41,050 nt of DNA from Myxococcota bacterium (lineage in GTDB: Bacteria > Myxococcota_A > Bradymonadia > UBA7976 > UBA1532), in the NCBI GenBank assembly GCA_036337435.1, contig JAYZEG010000009.1, forward strand, positions 1 through 41,050, written 5' to 3'. A program made the translations under genes and the position numbers. This document shows, piece by piece, positions 1 to 10,103 of the stretch. Below the pieces are notes generated by a model, which saw only the letters and a program-made list of their open reading frames with translations, did no database searches and was not told where the DNA came from. Every line of letters starts with the position of its first letter. Position 1 is the stretch's first letter.

Positions 1-1
1 G

Positions 2-337
2 TATAAAGACAACTGGTACAATCACAACCAGGGTGGCATTCATTTCGAGACCTACATCGAAGCGCGGGAGATCCGTCAGAAAGAATTTCCCATCTGTGTT
101 CATGCCGAAGAAGATTGCCCGTCGCAGGCGCGCTTCATTCAAGAGCTCTTCGCCATTGAAGGGGATCGAATCAGGGGCTGGAAAGGCTATAAAACCGTGG
201 GGACCGGATATACCATTTGCCTACGGACATTGCCGCTGAATACCAAGAATCTCGAACAACGACTCTTCGAAGAATTCTCGAGGTTGAGGACACTGGAAGC
301 GGGCATTCAAGAAGCATTGTATCGAGTGACTGGATGA
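2..337 (+). CDS. 5'-truncated hypothetical protein (C-terminal ~111 aa)
   Basis: Frame 2 is open from the window edge (YKDNWYNHNQGGIHFETYIEARE...EALYRVTG) to TGA at 335-337, 16 nt before the next start. It is missing from the ORF track because the start lies outside the window. Confidence 0.7.
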   Translation, partial: YKDNWYNHNQGGIHFETYIEAREIRQKEFPICVHAEEDCPSQARFIQELFAIEGDRIRGWKGYKTVGTGYTICLRTLPLNTKNLEQRLFEEFSRLRTLEAGIQEALYRVTG

Positions 338-353
338 TATCGAACAAGCGACT

Positions 354-554
354 ATGAGCAAGCGAAGTAAAAGTCCTTGTATTGATGTGTGCACGTACAC
401 TGGACCGAAAGGCTGGTGCGTAGGGTGCGGTTTGACGCGGAGTGAATCTCAAGGCTGGCGGGGAATGAAACCCTATGATCGGACGGCTTTACTCAAGCAA
501 TTGCAACGTCGCCAAGCTGAGTTAAAAACACTGAATCGAACTCAGTCTGAGTGA
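354..554 (+). CDS. DUF1289-family small Cys-rich protein
   Basis: SPCxxxC...GWCxGCGxTxxE...W pattern (SPCIDVC, CVGC); 66 aa. Confidence 0.85.
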   Translation: MSKRSKSPCIDVCTYTGPKGWCVGCGLTRSESQGWRGMKPYDRTALLKQLQRRQAELKTLNRTQSE

Positions 555-734
555 GTCAAATGAATCAGAGCGAGTCTAGGGCTCCAAGGCCATCGGGGGA
601 GAGCCGAAGCGCGTGTTGAAGACCCTGTCGCGATGACATAAGCCATGGCCATGTCATCACCAGGTCAACTCCATTGCTCGTTGACCAAAATCTGCTTATT
701 TTGTGCTGAGTGAGCGCGTGGAAAGGGCATTGGA

Positions 735-1931
735 ATGGTCCAGACAAGAGACATAAACCGATTGATCGAGGCTCTCGAAGAGGGGGCTGTCCAACGAGAT
801 TTCAGGGCGATGCTGAGTGGCTGTCGCGATCTTCTCCAAGCACACGGGGTTTTGCCGGATCGAATTCAAATTCCCATGATCAAACCGCTGGGTTTTCGCC
901 ATCCAACCATTTGGGGGGTTATTCTGACTTGGCATCGCGACAGGGCATTTAGCGACACAATGGTCATGACCCATGACGAAGCAAAAGCCAGGGGTGCCTT
1001 GGATGAAGAGCAGCCACCCGATTCCGACGGCCGTCCGACCACGCCCTACCATTATGTCTATGGTCAGAGAGACTGGATGTTTGAGTGTGAGACGAGCAGC
1101 CCACCCATTGATTTACCCATCTTTGATAATTTAAGGGAAGACGGTCTGAAGTACTATGCGTGTTTTCGGCTACATATGCCCGCTGTGAATCGACCCGCCG
1201 TCGTGAGTTTATCAGCCGAAACGCCGTTTCCCAATGATTTAAGAGAGCGACTTGAGCCGCTACGAGGTCTGCTTGGGATGGCCTGGTATGCCGCGTATCG
1301 AACATCGCAGGCTCTTCAAATCGCCCGAAGCTATGTGGGGCCGACCACCGGACCCAAGGTTCTCGACGGTCAGATTGTGCGCGGTTCGTCGGAAACCATA
1401 GACGCCGGTGTGATGTTTTGCGATGTACGTGGTTTTACGGCTCTTTCGCAAACCGTTGGGTCCGAGATTATCCCCATTATGAATCGCTTGTTCGAAGTCA
1501 TCGGCGATGAAGCCAATCAGCGTGGTGGCGAAATACTTAAATTCATCGGCGATGCAATGCTTTTAATTTTTCCATTGGATGGACGCACTCAAATAGACGT
1601 CGCCCGATGCCTCATTGAAACGGTCGAGCAGTCGCTTCATCGAGTCAAGGATGTTGCCCTCGACATGGGCTATGAATTGGCCTGCGGCTTTGGCTGTCAT
1701 ATCGGCGAAGTCATTTATGGTAATATCGGGACCTCACAGCGCCTCGACTTCACCGTCATGGGGCCCGCAGTCAATTTGGCCAGTCGCCTCGAGAGCTGCT
1801 GTAAGGAATTCGATGCAGACGCGATCTTTTCTACGTCTGTTAAGGCCCATGCTCCTCATCTGGTCAAGGTTGGAGAAAAGACCTTGAAAGGCATTGAGGG
1901 TTCCACGCCACTGTGGGTTCTACCAAACTGA
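735..1931 (+). CDS. class III adenylate/guanylate cyclase with N-terminal sensory (possibly GAF-like) region
   Basis: Motifs MFCDVRGFT, KFIGDA, GCHIGEVIYGNIG, LDFTVMGPAVNLASRLE. The Lys/Asp specificity pair favours ATP. No TM segment. Confidence 0.92.
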   Translation: MVQTRDINRLIEALEEGAVQRDFRAMLSGCRDLLQAHGVLPDRIQIPMIKPLGFRHPTIWGVILTWHRDRAFSDTMVMTHDEAKARGALDEEQPPDSDGRPTTPYHYVYGQRDWMFECETSSPPIDLPIFDNLREDGLKYYACFRLHMPAVNRPAVVSLSAETPFPNDLRERLEPLRGLLGMAWYAAYRTSQALQIARSYVGPTTGPKVLDGQIVRGSSETIDAGVMFCDVRGFTALSQTVGSEIIPIMNRLFEVIGDEANQRGGEILKFIGDAMLLIFPLDGRTQIDVARCLIETVEQSLHRVKDVALDMGYELACGFGCHIGEVIYGNIGTSQRLDFTVMGPAVNLASRLESCCKEFDADAIFSTSVKAHAPHLVKVGEKTLKGIEGSTPLWVLPN

Positions 1932-2660
1932 GCTCAGTCGCCACACCTTTGGTTAGTGCGGGGACACTTGCAAAGGGCCCTCTTTAACATCGATACGACA
2001 AAAGCAAGGTGAGTCGTTGAGCCGAAGGCGTGCAAAGGCAGTTTATGGGCTCCGAAACAATGTTCGCATTCTGACTCTCTCCGTTCCCATTTAAATCGGT
2101 TCTGAAGGCTTCAAGGGCATCAGGGTGAACTTCATTTTTTATCGGTTTCTCGTGGGGTCGAGGCATCATGGTTTGTCCTTGAGGCCATTGCTGAGTTCGG
2201 TCCTTCATTGGGTTGGGCCAGATGTGCGAGGTCAAGGGCGTCGAATCCGAAGATAACGAAGAATCATGAGAATGCGCAGACGGACAGTGGCGCGACTCGA
2301 AATGATGGGCCGGGAAAGCAACTCGATGGAGTCCGGGCTAATTCTTATTCGAAGCGGGAGGCCGCTCGTGGGCATCGAGCAAAGACCAAGCAAGGCGAAG
2401 CACTCACACGCGAGACGAGTAAGCGCAGGGCATCCAAAAAACGACTCGGCGTCAGTCGGATAGAACGCAGATCTCATTTCGCCATGAACGATGCAACAAT
2501 GGACCCAGGGGCCACTTCACCAAACCCCTTTAGCCGCAACCTGCCGCGCAATCTAAAGAGACAGCCTTGCCAAAGTCGCTTTGACCTTCTTATTGTCGAT
2601 ATGCCGGTTTCACCCTAAGGCTTTCTTATGGGCAGACTTGCATTGAGGGGGGAGAGATAA

Positions 2661-5600
2661 ATGAAGCTTTTTTACACGCTATGGTTCTTCGCCTTTGCGG
2701 TCAGCCTTCACGGCTGTTCTGGCTCTGATTCAGGGGCCAGTCGGTTGACACCGGATGGGTATCTTTCCGGTGATGCGGGTGACACCGATTCGGGCATGGC
2801 TCTCGATGGACGCACGTTGACTGACGCCGCATCCGATGCTCTGAGACCCGTGAACACGGCCGACGGAGGCATGTCCGACATCGATGGCGGCGGCGATTTG
2901 GCAGATATGGGGGACACCCCCAGAATGTCGTCCATAGACCCTGTCGAAGTGCCCTTGATGGATCAATCGACCTTGGCTGACCGGCTTCAGGTCGTCCCCG
3001 GCGAAATGTTGGCTGATATTTCGCCTACGGCAAGCGTCTGGGCGGTTGACGGCACTCAAGAACCTTTCAACACCTTTGCTGTTGGAGACGTGGTTGTGGT
3101 GCAGGCAACCCCGATGTATTTCGTGAAAGTGACTCTCATTGAGGACCGGGATGGGTCGAGACGTGTTGGTGTGGTCCCAGCGAGTATCGCTGATGTCATT
3201 GTCAATGGACGGATTCGTGCACAATTTGATGGTGCTGGACTGTTGGCTCAGGTTGGGCTTCCAGCGCAAAAACGGGACTTAGGGCCGTTCGTCGCTGAGA
3301 TCGATGCGTCTGGAGAACAAATACCCGTGGTTGCCACCGGTGAGGCCGGGATACTCAGTGGAGAGGGCCAATTTCACCTCGATTTGAATACGGCGACAAT
3401 TGAACTGACAAACCTCATCGAAACGGACTTTGAGATTTCATTTCGCGAGGGGCGAGTCGACTATGCCCAGTTGTTGCTCAATACGGAACTGCGCATGGTG
3501 CTGGACGCGGTCCTACGTGTGCAGGGACAGATCGAAGCGAGTAAGAATTGCCAGATTTTTCCTTGGAATCGATGTGACCCATGCGAATCATATCCTGGTT
3601 GGGGCATCCCGTTCTACGTCCCTGTCACCATCCCAACGCCTATCGGGCCGATCCCCATTCGAATTCCCGGCTTTATTGCCCTGTCTGTCAACCTTGGTCT
3701 CACAGCCTCAACTCAGGGGACAACAGCGGTCCGCTTTGGTGGCGTCGGTGCATGGAGCACCCAAACGGGATTCGAATACACGCCTGACGGGACAACATTC
3801 GCAACACCCGACCTAGACAATGTGAGCTTTGAGCCTGCCGAATTGGCTGTACCCGAAGACTTGGCCCAAGACTCGTTGGGTGTGACGGCACGCTTAAAAG
3901 AGTTTTTGAACGTGAATGTTCGGCTTCCCGGAATCAAAGATCGAAACCGGTCCTGTGACGACGAGTTCGATCCGGTCCAATCGCTCAATAATTTCGGGAA
4001 ACTGCTTCATCCTGAAGTAGATGCAGGCTTCTTCCAGGAATTTAATTATCGCTTCATCCCTCCACCCTCCTATTGCACGTTTCGTTGGGGCGGATTTTTC
4101 AATGCTGGAATGACTTTCAATTTGCCCGATTTGCCCTTCGTCGACCACGAACTAACCGACATTCCCTTGTTTTCTTTCGAGAGTGGTGACCTGCCAGCAA
4201 ATCCTCAGGAACCTCCATTTTTCTATCAATTTTGCGGTGAATGCGATGGAGATGGTCAGTGCGAACCCGACTTTGGTGAGACCTGTTCTACATGTCCAGA
4301 TGATTGCGGCGAGTGTGGTGAAATTGCATGGGCTCTCCTGGACGGCCGACCAGGTCGAGTGGTGGCCGTGGAAGTGACCGCTGCGACGGTGGGTCAAGCG
4401 TCACTCGATCAGGTGGATGGCGATTTCATAGAGGTTGGCAGCCGCCCGGCTGACCTCGCCATGTGGAGAGTGAACGGCATTGATTATGGGATTGTAACCA
4501 ATCGCCCCGATAACACCGTCTCCCTTATGCGACTCACGCGGAATGGGGGCAAAGAGCTAGATGCCGACCGGGATCCCAACACCACCGATCCGGGCGCGCC
4601 GTCTGGGATCACTCGGATTCGGGTCGCCAATCCGAATTGCGTCGATTGTCCGCCCGCTGCCCCATCAGGGGTCGCGGTTGATGCTCACGGAACCTTCGCG
4701 GCGGTTGCGCTCCAAGGCACCGATGAACTCGCCATCATTGACTTGCGGCAGCGCCGTGTCGCCCAATGGATCTCGGTGGCCTACCCATACGAAACAGACC
4801 CCCTCGGCATAAACCCGGGTCCTGCCGTTCCCGGTCATCCAAGCGACGTCGTGATCGTCCCTGCGCGGGGTGAACGCAGCCGTGGCCGAATCATCGTGAG
4901 TCTTCGAGGCAACCCAAGGGACAAAGGCCGATTCCTCGCCATCGTTGATACATGTCCGGTCGCCGCATGTGCGGGCGATGTCCGTTGGATCGATGTGGGT
5001 AACAATACTCGTCCGGGCCGCCTGGCGATGGATGCGAATGAGGACTATTTGGCGGTCGCAGTCAGCGACAAGAACCGCGTCGCTGTCATCGACTTAGAAA
5101 GCGAGACCGAGATCGACCTTTGGCCGACTGAACCGTCGCGACGTCGAATCGATACAGGGGTCTCACCAGATGTTTTACAGTGGGTCGATGGCTTACTTTA
5201 TGTGGGCAATACGGGTGGGACTCCAGGGTCGGAAGTAGACAGCTATGGCAGTGTGCTCCGCGCTGAAGTGTATCCCGGGCAATGCGCAAATAATCGAGGT
5301 GTCAGTTGCGAAGACGGGGGCTGCGGCGGTGCATGCAATCGGGGCCGCGAAACCTACGATGTTGGCATTTGTAGTGCTGTACGAGGCATGGCCTGGTTTG
5401 ATGATTTGAACATCATGTTGGTCGGGGATTCCCTTGGAAACTTAACGGCCTTGCCAAACGGTCTCTTTACAGGCGAAAGAGCGGTCTGTGAGGGCGTCGC
5501 GCCCAATCGAGACCTCTGCGCAGGCTTGAATGCGATCCAAACAGATTGTGACGACCTGGGGCCGCCACCGGTAGATCATGCCGGTGGGTGTTACGATGCC

Positions 5601-7460
5601 CGTCGGGAGCGTGGTACCCCATGTTCACCGGCCGTGAATCTGGGCGCATCGGTCCGCGCCATGGTTCGACCTGCTGCCGAAGCTGAGACCTATGAGGGAT
5701 CCGGTGGCCGGGTCATGGTGGGGTCGTTAACCGATGATTTTGTTTCTTGTCAGAGGCGAATTGCATTGGACCAAGAGGCTCGACTGCTCGAAGGCCCGAT
5801 TCCCGGAGATCATGAGTTGGGAGCCTGGATCCGTGGCGAATTGGCGGCAGCTGAGGCCATCATCGTCAACGAGTCCGGTGTCAACGGATGTTCTTTGGCC
5901 AGCACCATCGCTTTGCCGTTGATTCTGAATGACGCCGAATTGCGTTCGAAGACAACGTTCATCGATGAGGGATGTGAAGCCCCTGGCGACGGCGGATCGG
6001 CCGCCCTGAATTGCGGTTGCGATGTGGATGATGGCAACGACGATTTGGACCAGGATGACCGAGTTGACCTCTGTGATAATTGTCCGCGTGTGGCTAACCC
6101 CGGTCAGGCTGACAGCGATGGTGACCAGTATGGAGATGCCTGCGATAATTGCATTGAAGACTTTCAGAACGACCAATCGGACCGAGATGGCGATTTGGTT
6201 GGTGACATCTGTGATGGGTGTCCCGATGACCCCCTTAAAACTGAGCCTGGATTGTGTGGTTGTGGTCGGGTAGATGAGCTCGGAGATACAGATGGAGACG
6301 GTGTGCCAAATTGTGACGACAATTGCCCAGATTCTCCAAATGAGGACCAAATCGACCTCGACTTAGACGGGCTGGGTGATGCCTGTGACGGCTGCCCAGA
6401 CTTGTTTTGTCAGAACAACAGCGACGATGACGAAGATGGAATTCCATCGTGCTGTGATAATTGTGTAGGGGTCTCTAATCCGGACCAGGCAGATCTCGAT
6501 GGAGATGGAATTGGCGACCTTTGTGATGTTTGTCCGGGTGTGTCGGATCCAATCCAAGCAGATGCTGATGGTGATGGGGTCGGGGATGCGTGTGCCGAGT
6601 GCAATGAGGGGCCCGATGAGGACGGAGATGGGGTTGGAGATGAATGCGATGTTTGTCCAGGGGCGGATGATGCTGAAGGCTGTCTTGGCTGTATCGTCAC
6701 CCACGCGTGTGTTCCAACGGGAACCGCGGCTGATGTCGCGGTTCAGGGGGAGGCGACTTATCTCGTCGTGCCAGCCTTTGCCTCGAACGTACCGGGGACA
6801 CTTTGGGTTGTACGCAATGGAGTCGCTCGACGACTTCGACACGATCTTGCCAGTGGTACAGTTGCGATCGATGCGAATGCTGGTCGTTTGATGACGTTGA
6901 GTGCCGATGGAAACACTGTCGCCGTGACGTCACTTGATCTCGGTGATGGATCGTCCATTGGCATTCTGGAAAGCACGCCGAGTGCCGTACTCTTTGACGA
7001 TTTTGCGTCCATCGATGGTTTCGTTTTAAGCGATGGAGGAAACAGGGTGTCCGTCTTAAATGGTGGGCTCGCTGAGTTTGCAGATGTCGATGGGGCGGTG
7101 ACAGCGGTAACGGCCGATGCAGACAGCGGGGATGTGTATGCCGTAGTCGGTCAGCAGGTCGTTCGCTTGGTGCCGGGCGATGGCTTTGTGGTAATTGCTC
7201 AGCTTGAGGGCCAGGCGACGGGCATCGCAGCTCATGGCGGCACAATTTGGGTTATCGATTACTGCGAAGATTGCGGGCGGATTACGACATTGGTCAGGGA
7301 AATCGATGCGACCAATGGACGTGAGACGCTCCGGTGTGCGACGCCATTGCCACTGACGAGTCTCGACGTCGAGCCCATTTCGGGATCGCTGACGGCCTTT
7401 ACCACCGGGGCTCTACCCGCTTGCGGCGCTGTGAGAGGTGGGGTTGTCCGTTTGCCTTAA
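2661..7460 (+). CDS. large mosaic lipoprotein with beta-propeller-like regions and thrombospondin type-3 repeats
   Basis: SD-like GAGGGGGGAG, lipobox-like SLHGC, acidic D/G tether, Cys-rich segments, and many DxDxDGxGDxCDxCP repeats at ~6038-6661. Confidence 0.85.
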   Translation: MKLFYTLWFFAFAVSLHGCSGSDSGASRLTPDGYLSGDAGDTDSGMALDGRTLTDAASDALRPVNTADGGMSDIDGGGDLADMGDTPRMSSIDPVEVPLMDQSTLADRLQVVPGEMLADISPTASVWAVDGTQEPFNTFAVGDVVVVQATPMYFVKVTLIEDRDGSRRVGVVPASIADVIVNGRIRAQFDGAGLLAQVGLPAQKRDLGPFVAEIDASGEQIPVVATGEAGILSGEGQFHLDLNTATIELTNLIETDFEISFREGRVDYAQLLLNTELRMVLDAVLRVQGQIEASKNCQIFPWNRCDPCESYPGWGIPFYVPVTIPTPIGPIPIRIPGFIALSVNLGLTASTQGTTAVRFGGVGAWSTQTGFEYTPDGTTFATPDLDNVSFEPAELAVPEDLAQDSLGVTARLKEFLNVNVRLPGIKDRNRSCDDEFDPVQSLNNFGKLLHPEVDAGFFQEFNYRFIPPPSYCTFRWGGFFNAGMTFNLPDLPFVDHELTDIPLFSFESGDLPANPQEPPFFYQFCGECDGDGQCEPDFGETCSTCPDDCGECGEIAWALLDGRPGRVVAVEVTAATVGQASLDQVDGDFIEVGSRPADLAMWRVNGIDYGIVTNRPDNTVSLMRLTRNGGKELDADRDPNTTDPGAPSGITRIRVANPNCVDCPPAAPSGVAVDAHGTFAAVALQGTDELAIIDLRQRRVAQWISVAYPYETDPLGINPGPAVPGHPSDVVIVPARGERSRGRIIVSLRGNPRDKGRFLAIVDTCPVAACAGDVRWIDVGNNTRPGRLAMDANEDYLAVAVSDKNRVAVIDLESETEIDLWPTEPSRRRIDTGVSPDVLQWVDGLLYVGNTGGTPGSEVDSYGSVLRAEVYPGQCANNRGVSCEDGGCGGACNRGRETYDVGICSAVRGMAWFDDLNIMLVGDSLGNLTALPNGLFTGERAVCEGVAPNRDLCAGLNAIQTDCDDLGPPPVDHAGGCYDARRERGTPCSPAVNLGASVRAMVRPAAEAETYEGSGGRVMVGSLTDDFVSCQRRIALDQEARLLEGPIPGDHELGAWIRGELAAAEAIIVNESGVNGCSLASTIALPLILNDAELRSKTTFIDEGCEAPGDGGSAALNCGCDVDDGNDDLDQDDRVDLCDNCPRVANPGQADSDGDQYGDACDNCIEDFQNDQSDRDGDLVGDICDGCPDDPLKTEPGLCGCGRVDELGDTDGDGVPNCDDNCPDSPNEDQIDLDLDGLGDACDGCPDLFCQNNSDDDEDGIPSCCDNCVGVSNPDQADLDGDGIGDLCDVCPGVSDPIQADADGDGVGDACAECNEGPDEDGDGVGDECDVCPGADDAEGCLGCIVTHACVPTGTAADVAVQGEATYLVVPAFASNVPGTLWVVRNGVARRLRHDLASGTVAIDANAGRLMTLSADGNTVAVTSLDLGDGSSIGILESTPSAVLFDDFASIDGFVLSDGGNRVSVLNGGLAEFADVDGAVTAVTADADSGDVYAVVGQQVVRLVPGDGFVVIAQLEGQATGIAAHGGTIWVIDYCEDCGRITTLVREIDATNGRETLRCATPLPLTSLDVEPISGSLTAFTTGALPACGAVRGGVVRLP

Positions 7461-7635
7461 ATGGCCCGTTCAAGGAATTGATGACTGGCTCACTCAAGGA
7501 TGGACATATCCATGTGTGGTTCCATCTCATCATTGGTCCTCCAGTTGACCGATTTGACCCACTCAATGAGCCAATTTTTCTACTGCTCGGCAACGGAATG
7601 GCGTAGGTTATCGACATCTCACTAAAGGAGTTCCT

Positions 7636-9786
7636 ATGACTGTACGGCGTTTCGTCCCCGAGACTTCGATTGTCTTTTTTTTGCCCTTGGCCCTGTTCGC
7701 GGCAGGCGGCTGCAGCGATAATTCAAACTCGGCTGTGAGTTCGGCTTCGGTCATCGATGCCGGACCCGATGGGACCAGCGAAACAGGCGATGCGGATGGT
7801 GCAGCTGGACGCGGTGGTGCTGGCGGCGAAGCTGGAAGCGGTGGTGCTGGCGGCGAAGCTGGAAGCAGTGGTGCTGGCGGGGAAGCTGGAAGCGGTGGTG
7901 CTGGCGGGGACGCTGGAAGCGGTGGTGCTGGCGGCGAAGCCGGAAGCGGTGGTGCTGGCGGGGCAGGTGGCGTAGGCGGTGCACAAGGCTGCGACCCCAA
8001 TACAGATTTTGGCAATCTTGCGCCCGATGAAAAGATTGTCGTTGGTTATTACCCGAATTGGGCTGTTTACGGACGACACTATTACCTCAATAGTTTTGCA
8101 GATATAGAAAACCCAGGTGTACCGTCTAAAACCGTTCCGCACGCCTATTACACCCACATCCAATTCGCCTTTGTTAACGTCTCGCCTGATGGCCGCTGTG
8201 TCTCAAGCGACCCAGCCGTCGATCTGCCTCGGAGTGATTGCGACTGCAGCAATATCAATCCGCCCCATTTCAGGAGTGACTGCGATTGTACCTGGGTCAA
8301 GACGTTCGGAGGCCACGAAGGCCTGTTTCGCGACATGGCTGCGCTCAAGGCGGCCAACCCAAACTTGAAAATGCTCATGTCCATCGGTGGTTGGACCTAT
8401 TCACAGAACTTTTCGGATGTCGCGAGAACACCTGAGGCGCGTGCTCGGTTTATCGACTCCTGCGTAGGCTTCATGAATAGCTATGGTTTCGATGGCATCG
8501 ATATCGATTGGGAATACCCCGGTGGCGGAGGCCGAGATGCAGCGAGCTGTGCCCAAGGGGCTGACCCATGCACTAATGAGCAGAAGGTCGACCCGTCGAG
8601 CTGGATCGCGGCGGGTGATGGGGCCACCTACATGCAAATGCGCGATGGGGTTTGTCGAAGCTGCCGTCCCGAAGATGGCGAGAACTATGTGGCGTTGCTG
8701 AAGGAATTTCGTGAGGCAATGCCACGGGGTAAAAGTTTGAGTGTTGCCGTCGGTGCTTCGCCGGCACGGATCGCTGACATGAATGTGAGGGACATGGCTT
8801 GTCATCTTGATTGGATGGGCCTGATGACCTACGACTTTCACGGCGCCTGGGAGCAACAAACAGGCTTCCATTCTCCTCTTCGTCGCGGCGTTGACCGTGC
8901 TGAGGCCGATGGGTTGTCTATCGTCGAATCCGTCGAGAATTTCATGGCTGCGGGCTTACCTGCATCCAAAGTCGTTACAGGGACGGCGTTCTATGGTCGA
9001 GGCTGGGTAAACGCTCAACGAGTCGAACCTGGTGGTCCATCTCAAGGCCCTGGCGAGGCCACTCTAAATGAACAAACAGGAAATGTGACCGATGCCAATG
9101 GCGTTTTGGTGGGTCGCTGGGAAGCAGGCATCTGGGACTACCGAGGCGTTGTGGAAGAGTACCTCGACCCAGCGGACCCGACACGTGCCATCAAACCTGG
9201 ATATGTGCGTGGGTGGGATGAAGCTGCACAATCGCCGTATCTCTACGGCGAGGCCGACGGTGTTTGGTTTGCGTACGAAGATGCAGAGAGCGTGCGGATT
9301 AAGGCGAATTATGTGCGCGAAAATAATTATCGCGGCACCATCATTTGGGACGTCACTCTCGACGATTGCGATGATACCCTCGCTCGGGCCGTCAATGAGG
9401 GCATTGGGCGCGCTGGTGTCAATCCGCCACCACCTGGCTGCCGAGGGTCTGGAGTACAAGCGGGGGGCGGCGCGCAGTCCTCCTCGCGGTGCGGGTCTAA
9501 CTGGCCCGACGCCAACAGCCGTTGTGGTACGCCTTGTCAGAACAACGGTGACTGTCTAAATGGTGAGATCTGCTTTGCCGATTTAGATGTCCAGGTTTGT
9601 GGTGGCGCCGGTGGCAATATGAATGGCGGAGGGAACATGAATGGAGGCGATAGACCGTCGACGCGCTGCGGGCGGAACTGGGCGGAGGCGAACGGCCGTT
9701 GTGGTGTAGGGTGTCAGAACAACGGCGACTGTCCCGCTGGTGAGATGTGCTTCGCTGATTTGGCTGTCGAGGTCTGCGACCCATAA
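7636..9786 (+). CDS. GH18 chitinase lipoprotein with Gly-rich linker and two C-terminal Cys-rich modules
   Basis: SD AAGGAG; lipobox AGGC; VVGYYPNW, SIGGW, catalytic FDGIDIDWEYP (DxDxE), MTYDFHGAW, YEDAES. Confidence 0.93.
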   Translation: MTVRRFVPETSIVFFLPLALFAAGGCSDNSNSAVSSASVIDAGPDGTSETGDADGAAGRGGAGGEAGSGGAGGEAGSSGAGGEAGSGGAGGDAGSGGAGGEAGSGGAGGAGGVGGAQGCDPNTDFGNLAPDEKIVVGYYPNWAVYGRHYYLNSFADIENPGVPSKTVPHAYYTHIQFAFVNVSPDGRCVSSDPAVDLPRSDCDCSNINPPHFRSDCDCTWVKTFGGHEGLFRDMAALKAANPNLKMLMSIGGWTYSQNFSDVARTPEARARFIDSCVGFMNSYGFDGIDIDWEYPGGGGRDAASCAQGADPCTNEQKVDPSSWIAAGDGATYMQMRDGVCRSCRPEDGENYVALLKEFREAMPRGKSLSVAVGASPARIADMNVRDMACHLDWMGLMTYDFHGAWEQQTGFHSPLRRGVDRAEADGLSIVESVENFMAAGLPASKVVTGTAFYGRGWVNAQRVEPGGPSQGPGEATLNEQTGNVTDANGVLVGRWEAGIWDYRGVVEEYLDPADPTRAIKPGYVRGWDEAAQSPYLYGEADGVWFAYEDAESVRIKANYVRENNYRGTIIWDVTLDDCDDTLARAVNEGIGRAGVNPPPPGCRGSGVQAGGGAQSSSRCGSNWPDANSRCGTPCQNNGDCLNGEICFADLDVQVCGGAGGNMNGGGNMNGGDRPSTRCGRNWAEANGRCGVGCQNNGDCPAGEMCFADLAVEVCDP
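7813..7962 (+). repeat. intragenic 27-bp tandem repeat, ~5.5 copies, encoding GGAGG(E/D)AGS
   Basis: Unit GGTGGTGCTGGCGGCGAAGCTGGAAGC at 7813, 7840, 7867, 7894 and 7921, with 0-2 mismatches, plus a partial copy at 7948. Confidence 0.95.
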
Positions 9787-9999
9787 ACTCAGGCATGGGG
9801 TTCTCGACGGCTTTGGTGATAGCCTGGTCGCCTGGTAAGCCTGTCGATGAGATCTTCCTTGAGGCGCAGTAACACGATGCTGGCGTACTCAATCCCAACC
9901 CGCCATCAGCCCCTGATAGACCTGCTTTGTTGCAGTCTAAGTTCCCAACTCAGCCCAGGCACTGAACGATCCTCGGCACTCTCTCCCGCCTGTTCTTTT

Positions 10000-10016
10000 A
10001 TGCAAGCGGCTTGCGT
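10000..10016. promoter_or_regulatory. candidate Zur/Fur-family operator upstream of the COG0523 gene
   Basis: ATGCAA-GCGGC-TTGCGT, a near-palindrome one mismatch from TGCAA-N5-TTGCA, ~90 nt upstream of a gene family often Zur-regulated. The motif resemblance is from memory. Confidence 0.4.
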
Positions 10017-10069
10017 TTGAATGCCGCTTATGTGTAAAAGCGGCCTCGAAAAGAAAATCAACCGGGGAG

Positions 10070-10094
10070 GACCGATGCGACTTTCGCATCGGTC
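10070..10094 (+). promoter_or_regulatory. perfect 11-bp inverted repeat in the GTPase leader
   Basis: GACCGATGCGA-CTT-TCGCATCGGTC, directly after GGAGG and 9 nt before the ATG at 10104. Confidence 0.55.
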
Positions 10095-10103
10095 TGTTGA
10101 AAA

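Noticed and set aside
2325..2340. GAGTCCGGGC resembling the RNase P RNA P4 signature
   Set aside because: It lacks the GAGGAAAGUCC context and I found no matching 3' conserved region.
7813..7962. 27-bp repeats as a CRISPR array
   Set aside because: The units are contiguous with no spacers, in frame within a CDS, and no cas genes are present.
7608..8015. Pro-rich antisense ORF (PPAPPLPAS repeats) and other repeat-derived ORFs
   Set aside because: These are shadows of the Gly-rich chitinase linker.
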